A stretch of DNA of 10,858 nt from Candidatus Odinarchaeia archaeon (GTDB lineage: Archaea > Asgardarchaeota > Odinarchaeia > Odinarchaeales > Odinarchaeaceae): NCBI GenBank assembly GCA_029856525.1, contig JAHQXC010000044.1, forward strand, positions 1 through 10,858, written 5' to 3'. Made by a program: the position numbers and the translations under genes. Position 1 is the first letter of the stretch. Each line of letters opens with the position of its first letter. The notes below the pieces were generated by a model that made no database searches, was not told the DNA's origin, and was given only the letters and a program-made list of their open reading frames with translations. Shown piece after piece: positions 5,350-10,858 of this stretch.

Positions 5350-5778
5350 TTGGGGTTATTAAATAAGATTTTTAGAAGAAGGAAAAAAATCGGGGAGGAG
5401 TCTTTAAGCACGGAGACGACTACAGTGAACGAAGAGGATGTCGACTTCATAGAGGAATGTAACACAGAGTTGAAAACGAGTGGAGAAGAGGAGAAACTGG
5501 TTGTAAACGAGCGTTATCTTAAAGTTATCCACTTATATGGTTTAACAGATGTGGAAGAAGTTCGAAACGAACTGGAGTCCGGGAATATAGTGATCGCGGA
5601 TATAACAGCGCTGAAAAAAGACGGAGGCGGCTCAATAGAATTAAAACGAACAGTTGAACAGATGAAAGGAGTGGTGAAAGTTAAAAACGGGGATATAGCC
5701 CAGCTATCAGACCGATATATTATTATAACACCGCCAGGGGTTAAGATTTGGAGAAGAGTTGAAGAGCTGAAAACATAA
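5350..5778 (+). CDS. sepF: Cell division protein SepF (archaeal type)
   Basis: N-terminal amphipathic helix MGLLNKIF plus basic RRRKK, an acidic linker, and the core ELESGNIVIADIT...GDIAQL...IIITPPGVKIWR. TTG start after GAGAGGA. Confidence 0.85.
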   Translation: MGLLNKIFRRRKKIGEESLSTETTTVNEEDVDFIEECNTELKTSGEEEKLVVNERYLKVIHLYGLTDVEEVRNELESGNIVIADITALKKDGGGSIELKRTVEQMKGVVKVKNGDIAQLSDRYIIITPPGVKIWRRVEELKT

Positions 5779-5792
5779 AATCGCTTATAAGA

Positions 5793-7700
5793 TTATTTTA
5801 AACGGATGGATTCTAAATTATCTGGAGCCCTCGTCTCTATTCTATAAGTCTTATGAATATAACCTGCAAGGTTCACGCATTTACTGTTCTCGCCGTGGCA
5901 GGTTAAAATCCTCTCCGGTTTCGGTCGAATCCTCTGTATAAAGCTTAACAGCTGTCTTCTATCAGAGTGCCCTGAAAATCCTTCAATCGTGTGAACCTGC
6001 ATTTTAACATTAACCATCTCTATTTTACCATCCCTGTTTTTCATAGGAATATCCTTCAACCCCTTCTGAACCCGTCTGCCTAAGGTTCCCTCAACCTGGT
6101 AGCTTACAAATATAAGAGAGTTTTTAGGATCATCTGCTAAAAGCCTGAAGTATTCGACTGAAGGCCCTCCTTGAAGCATCCCGGAAGTGGCTAGAATAAT
6201 ACATGGATCACCGCTTACAATATCCGTTCTCTCACTCATATTATCGACTTGAACGAAATACTCTGCTAAAAACGGGTTGTGACCGTAGTGAAATATTTTC
6301 TCTCTCAGTTCAGCGTTAAGATACTCTGGGTGAGTGGTGTGAATAGCTGTGGCTTCAGAGATCATACCGTCTATGTAAACCGGTGCCGTCGGTATCGCAC
6401 CGCGCCTCATAAACTCCTCTATTACCAGTATTATCTCTTGAGCTCTACCGACTGCTAAAACAGGTATTAAACATTTACCGCCCCGGCTGATAGTGGCTTT
6501 CAAAATTTCAACTAAACTAGCTTCAGTATCCTTTTTAGCTGGCATGATATCAGTTGGAGCGCCGTAGGTACTCTCTATTATAAGGGTTTCAAGACGTGGA
6601 AAATTATAATTAGCCTGCTCTAAAAGCCTTGACGGCCCGAATTTAAAATCACCTGTATATGCTAGGTTGTAAAGCCCGTCGCCTATGTGCAAATGAACTA
6701 TCGAGGAGCCTAATATATGCCCTGCGTTGTGAAGCGTCAACCTTATATCAGGGGCTATGTCTGTAACCTCACCGTATTCTAGAGGAATAGTGTGTAAAAC
6801 CATTTTTTTAACATCTTTAGGGCTGTAAGGGAGCAGCTTCCCCTCTCTTGAAGCTACATCAATATAGTCTAGTTGAAGTAAAGTCATCAAATTAAGCGTA
6901 GCACTAGTGCAGTAAACAGGCCCCTCGTATCCGTATTTATATAGGAATGGGACGAAGCCTGAATGGTCTAAGTGAGAGTGAGTTACAATCACCGCGTCAA
7001 GCTTATCCAACTCGAATTCAGGCATGTCCAATCTAGGAAACGGCTGAAGCGTTGAGCCGACGTTAACACCGCAGTCAATTAACACACTGCTCTCTATTGT
7101 TTGAAGAAGAATAGAAGTTCGCCCAACCTCTCTGAATCCGCCTAAAGCAGTGACCCTTATAAAATCACTTTTAAGAACAGGGGGCCTGTGAATTCTCTCC
7201 CCTATCTTTCTAAGAATTTTTTTCCTCAACTCGCTTTCATTTTGGAGAATAGCACGGATTTGGCTCACTGTCTTAGATGCTAACGGCGGGGTTCTAACAA
7301 CCACAGGCCGCCATAAAACTTTACCAGCGATCTCTTTAAGAGTCACCCCGCTTCGCCCTATCACCAATCCAGGTTTTTTAGCCTCGATCACCACTTCTCC
7401 CAGATTATGATCAAAATAAAGACTGGTGATCTCGGCTTCAGCGGGAACAATACTTTTAATAGCGGCTTCCGCTTCTGCAGGATCAGATCTTATAGACGGG
7501 TCTGATCTTAAAACAATCCTCTTCCTAATCTTGTGAACAAGCTCTTTTACAAAATCCTCGTTATCCATTAATATCTGAGGGTTCTTGGAATAAACCGCTA
7601 TCTCAGGGCCCTCGAATTCTACAGCTGTAACCATCGCTTTCTGTGGTATAGAGTTAAGTATTGTTTCACGAAGCTCCTCTAAAACATCCTTCGAAGACAT
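5793..7700 (-). CDS. fttA: aCPSF1/FttA beta-CASP ribonuclease with N-terminal KH domains
   Basis: EFEGPEI and KPGLVIG KH motifs; LGGFREVGR; THSHLDHSG metallo-beta-lactamase motif; AGHILGS; ESTYG; FSGHSD; CHGE; 635 aa. Adjacent to the proteasome beta gene as in many archaea. Confidence 0.96.
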   Translation of the reverse strand: MSSKDVLEELRETILNSIPQKAMVTAVEFEGPEIAVYSKNPQILMDNEDFVKELVHKIRKRIVLRSDPSIRSDPAEAEAAIKSIVPAEAEITSLYFDHNLGEVVIEAKKPGLVIGRSGVTLKEIAGKVLWRPVVVRTPPLASKTVSQIRAILQNESELRKKILRKIGERIHRPPVLKSDFIRVTALGGFREVGRTSILLQTIESSVLIDCGVNVGSTLQPFPRLDMPEFELDKLDAVIVTHSHLDHSGFVPFLYKYGYEGPVYCTSATLNLMTLLQLDYIDVASREGKLLPYSPKDVKKMVLHTIPLEYGEVTDIAPDIRLTLHNAGHILGSSIVHLHIGDGLYNLAYTGDFKFGPSRLLEQANYNFPRLETLIIESTYGAPTDIMPAKKDTEASLVEILKATISRGGKCLIPVLAVGRAQEIILVIEEFMRRGAIPTAPVYIDGMISEATAIHTTHPEYLNAELREKIFHYGHNPFLAEYFVQVDNMSERTDIVSGDPCIILATSGMLQGGPSVEYFRLLADDPKNSLIFVSYQVEGTLGRRVQKGLKDIPMKNRDGKIEMVNVKMQVHTIEGFSGHSDRRQLLSFIQRIRPKPERILTCHGENSKCVNLAGYIHKTYRIETRAPDNLESIRLK

Positions 7701-7756
7701 TTAAATCCGCCTAGCAAAATTTTATACTACGGTTATAGTGAGCGAAGTAACCTGCT

Positions 7757-8398
7757 CTAGGAAACATATTTGTTTACTTCAGCCTGCGGTAGTTTTTCAA
7801 CACCTTTACCCGTTATCTTAACCACATCCACGCCGTCACCTGAAGCTATATCCCTGTTTATAGCGGAGTTAACAGCGTGAACTGCTAGTGAAACAGCTTC
7901 TGCAACTGTTATATTATCCGAGTATCCGTTCTCTAAGACACCTAACGCTATAGGTGAACCTGAACCTGTAGAAGTGAACTTCTCTTCTGTTAAACTCCCG
8001 AATAAATCTAGGACAAACAACCTTGGACCTGTATCATCGAATCCGCCGATTATCAATTGCAATATGTAAGGAAGCAGTCTGGATTGAAATAATATGTTTG
8101 ATAGAAGCCTTGAAGCTGATTTAACTGGTATAGGTTTACCGCTTCTTATCTTATAAAGTTTAGCCTCAGCTGTGATGATATCCATTATATTCTGAGCGTC
8201 AGCCACTGAACCAGCTATTGTAGCGGCTAAATGATCGTCTAAAATATAAATTTTCTGAGCGCTCCTATTAGCTACAAGATAGCCTGCGGTAGCGCGACGG
8301 TCGGTAGCTAATATCACGCCATCCACGCATCTTATCCCAACGGTGGTTGTCCCTGTTGTAAGCCTATCAATATTATTTATGATTTCATAGTAATCCAT
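7757..8398 (-). CDS. psmB: Proteasome beta subunit
   Basis: 16-aa propeptide ending TTG, then the N-terminal nucleophile TTTVG; ATDRRAT; K33-equivalent; TGSGS; RDIASG. ATG at 8398 follows SD GAGGGGTG; the GTG at 8404 is part of that SD. Confidence 0.97.
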   Translation of the reverse strand: MDYYEIINNIDRLTTGTTTVGIRCVDGVILATDRRATAGYLVANRSAQKIYILDDHLAATIAGSVADAQNIMDIITAEAKLYKIRSGKPIPVKSASRLLSNILFQSRLLPYILQLIIGGFDDTGPRLFVLDLFGSLTEEKFTSTGSGSPIALGVLENGYSDNITVAEAVSLAVHAVNSAINRDIASGDGVDVVKITGKGVEKLPQAEVNKYVS

Positions 8399-8516
8399 TA
8401 ACACCCCTCAGTTTAAAAACAGGATATTAAAGGGTTTAAAAACCGGTATAATAGATATTAATCAATTTAACAATAACGTATTTAAATATAGCGATAAGAT
8501 TACAAGAGTGATTTAA

Positions 8517-9569
8517 ATGTCAACGCAACATCACATGCAACTTCCCAGAGAAATCCTCGTAGGCCCTGACGCTATTAGAGAAGTTCAGAAAATACTTGAG
8601 AAACTTGGTTTTAACGGGAGAATCCTCATACTAACAGGTGAGAAAACTAGGTTTATAGCAGCGGAAAAAGTGGAGAAGCAGCTAAAAGATAAAGAGTACA
8701 ATATCAGTGTTAGAATCGTAGGCAGAGCCTCTATTGAAGAAGCTGCTATAATAGCAGGCGAGAACAAGGAAAATAACCCGGCTATAGTAATAGGCATAGG
8801 AGGCGGAAGCGTGATAGATATGACTAAAGTAGTCGCTAGTAAGCTAGCTAAACCTTACATCAGCGTACCTACAACCGCCTCCCATGACGGCATAGCGTCA
8901 CCGCGTGCTTCGATAAAAGGAACAGATAAAGTCTACTCTATAGAAGCGGAAGCCCCTCTCGCAATAATAGCGGATACGAATATAATTAAAATGGCACCTT
9001 ATAGGTTTTTCGCATCAGGGTGCGCTGATCTCATCTCTAATCGCACAGCAGTCATGGACTGGAAACTAGCCCATCTTAAAACCGGTGAATACTTCGGAGA
9101 ATACGCCGCCTCCCTCTCGAATATGGCTGCTGAAATAATTATAAAAAACGCTCAACTTATAAAAGAATTTAATGAGCAATCCATACGATTAGTTTTAGAA
9201 GCGTTAATTTCCAGCGGAGTAGCTATGTCGATAGCAGGGAGCAGTAGACCGGCAAGCGGTTCAGAGCATCTTTTCAGTCATAGCATAGATCTGCTAACAG
9301 AGAACACGGCTTTACACGGAGAGAAGTGCGGGGTTGGAACGATTATAGCAATGTATCTTCATAAGGGAGATTGGAAGCTGATTCGGAAAACGTTAAAAAC
9401 TATCTGCGCGCCTACAACCGCAATCGAATTAGGGATACCTAAGAAAATACTGTTAGAAGCGCTTGTTAAAGCACCTCAGATAAGACCTGATAGGTATACA
9501 ATCCTTAACGAGGTTAAACTAGACTACAGTAAAGCTGAGAGAATATTGAAAAAAACTACTATAATATGA
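8517..9569 (+). CDS. egsA: sn-glycerol-1-phosphate dehydrogenase
   Basis: GIGGGSVID, SVPTTASHDGIASP, SRPASGSEHLFSH and LHGEKCG motifs; 350 aa. Confidence 0.95.
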   Translation: MSTQHHMQLPREILVGPDAIREVQKILEKLGFNGRILILTGEKTRFIAAEKVEKQLKDKEYNISVRIVGRASIEEAAIIAGENKENNPAIVIGIGGGSVIDMTKVVASKLAKPYISVPTTASHDGIASPRASIKGTDKVYSIEAEAPLAIIADTNIIKMAPYRFFASGCADLISNRTAVMDWKLAHLKTGEYFGEYAASLSNMAAEIIIKNAQLIKEFNEQSIRLVLEALISSGVAMSIAGSSRPASGSEHLFSHSIDLLTENTALHGEKCGVGTIIAMYLHKGDWKLIRKTLKTICAPTTAIELGIPKKILLEALVKAPQIRPDRYTILNEVKLDYSKAERILKKTTII

Positions 9570-9600
9570 AAAAATAATCATAATTTGAGAGGTAGAATAG

Positions 9601-10047
9601 ATGGGGATAATAACGTTAATCAGTGTTCAACAGGCTAGAATCGGGCATAAATTCATCTTTTATAATGAGCTGCCCGAATGCGTGGAATGCAATCTTAAAA
9701 CAGTCTGCTCAGATAATCTGATTAAAGGCAGATTATACCAAGTTGTAAAAATTCTTTCTAAAAAACATGCTTGCAAAATCCTTGAAACCGAGATGGCTGT
9801 AGTCGAAGTGGAATACCCGCCTATAGAAGCGTTAATAGATACTAGAAAAGTTTTCGAAGGCGCCATCATAGTTTTTGAGCCTATTGAAGAAGAACTGCCG
9901 GAGGAGCTGGAAAAATACAGAGAGCCCCCGGGGTTAAAGAAAGGGGATAAATGTAAGATAATCCAGGTGATTGAACACCCGGCTACTATAAAACAAAATT
10001 TTAAACTATGTCAACTAGAGCTTGTCCCACCTATATCAGGTAAATAA
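9601..10047 (+). CDS. UPF0179 family protein
   Basis: ITLI...G-FIF...ECxxCxxxxxC-NL--GR-Y-VV...H-C and K-FEGA motifs; SD GAGGT upstream. Confidence 0.8.
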   Translation: MGIITLISVQQARIGHKFIFYNELPECVECNLKTVCSDNLIKGRLYQVVKILSKKHACKILETEMAVVEVEYPPIEALIDTRKVFEGAIIVFEPIEEELPEELEKYREPPGLKKGDKCKIIQVIEHPATIKQNFKLCQLELVPPISGK

Positions 10048-10790
10048 GATTCTATAAAAGAAACCTTAGAGATACCTGGAATATACTTGTAAATGTCTTT
10101 GGAGATACCCTTCTTAGAATACTGAACCCCCTCTTTAAAATACTGTGAAGAAGGCAGTTCAATAGCCAGCTCCCCGTCTTTAACAGATACATTAATCTCA
10201 TCGAAATCCACATCCTCTAATCTCCACTGAACTAAAGCCTTAACCTTATCAGCTAACTCAACCAGTTTTCTCCGCGTTATAACCGTGTAGACAATAGTTT
10301 TGCCGGCTAAGGGGAGATTGAAATCTAAGGTTACCCGGCCGCTGCTAACATTCTTAACCGTAGCTGAAACTGAACCTAATCTCACCCTCATCCCGGGATA
10401 CGGGTTAATATTCTGCTTTTTAAATTCACGTAAAGGTACAACCCTTATAGCCTTAGGGTCACGTTCACCGAAAGCTCTCTCAGGGGGAAGTTCAAAGGTC
10501 TTCTCCTCCGGGATCTTCATCTTCAAAATCTCCTCATCCAATCCTTTAACAACCCATCCCTCCCCGGCGATAACAAGACGAGGCCGATAAACCATTTTAT
10601 CACTATAAACTTTCTCAGCTTTAGCAACCGACTCGACAGTTACATCAAATAATTCATTAGTCTCCTTAACCCTGCCTATAAAATCAACTAATAGAAAATC
10701 ACCTTTCGAAATACTTGAAAAGCCCTCGCCTTCAACTTTTCCAGCATCAGCTTCAGATCCCTTTTTCTTCAAACCCGGTTTCTCAGACAT
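10011..10790 (-). CDS. Long-type archaeal FKBP peptidyl-prolyl isomerase/chaperone (SlyD-like)
   Basis: GDFLLVDFIGR...FDVT, G-GWVVKGLDE, PPERAFGERD, an insert-in-flap region, DFNLPLAGK, and the long-type C-terminal extension. Confidence 0.93.
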   Translation of the reverse strand: MSEKPGLKKKGSEADAGKVEGEGFSSISKGDFLLVDFIGRVKETNELFDVTVESVAKAEKVYSDKMVYRPRLVIAGEGWVVKGLDEEILKMKIPEEKTFELPPERAFGERDPKAIRVVPLREFKKQNINPYPGMRVRLGSVSATVKNVSSGRVTLDFNLPLAGKTIVYTVITRRKLVELADKVKALVQWRLEDVDFDEINVSVKDGELAIELPSSQYFKEGVQYSKKGISKDIYKYIPGISKVSFIESYLPDIGGTSSS

Positions 10791-10858
10791 AAAACAACAC
10801 CACTATTCCACTCTTCAATGAAGAAACATATAATATAAGAGTTGAAGCTAGCCGGATA

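Noticed and set aside
8585-8797. 70-aa hydrophobic minus-strand ORF
   Set aside because: Antisense shadow of egsA; the hydrophobicity follows from reverse-complemented Lys/Glu codons.
9660-9869. 69-aa minus-strand ORF
   Set aside because: Antisense shadow of UPF0179.
10300-10590. 96-aa plus-strand ORF
   Set aside because: Antisense shadow of the FKBP gene.
10810-10847. Short inverted repeats (ACTCTT/AAGAGT, CTTCAA/TTGAAG) upstream of the FKBP gene
   Set aside because: 6-bp arms in AT-rich DNA at the window edge; not distinguishable from chance.

Overview
Archaeal housekeeping region (AT-rich, with TATA/BRE promoters and SD-like GAGG(G/T)G sites). Gene order: 5'-truncated metG (+), divergent Hjc-like PD-(D/E)xK nuclease (-), aldehyde dehydrogenase (+), three minus-strand tRNAs not in the ORF track [Val(GAC), Gly(GCC), Ala(GGC)], rpl37e and Lsm (-), PUA-domain protein and SepF (+), aCPSF1/FttA and proteasome beta subunit (-), egsA and UPF0179 (+), long-type FKBP PPIase (-). 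The most striking content is in the tRNA cluster. Three 28-29 nt introns sit at three different positions: tRNA-Gly has two (37/38 and 53/54) and tRNA-Ala has one in the variable loop (45/46). All are built as 1 nt + hairpin + 4-nt guide + 2 nt, forming bulge-helix-bulge (BHB) splice motifs. The guide of the Gly 37/38 intron fits a G34-A35 anticodon better than its host, hinting at intron transposition. SepF together with non-canonical tRNA introns suggests a TACK/Asgard-type archaeon (inference only). No CRISPR array, transposase or integrase is visible. Family assignments and consensus comparisons come from motif recognition and memory, not database searches.
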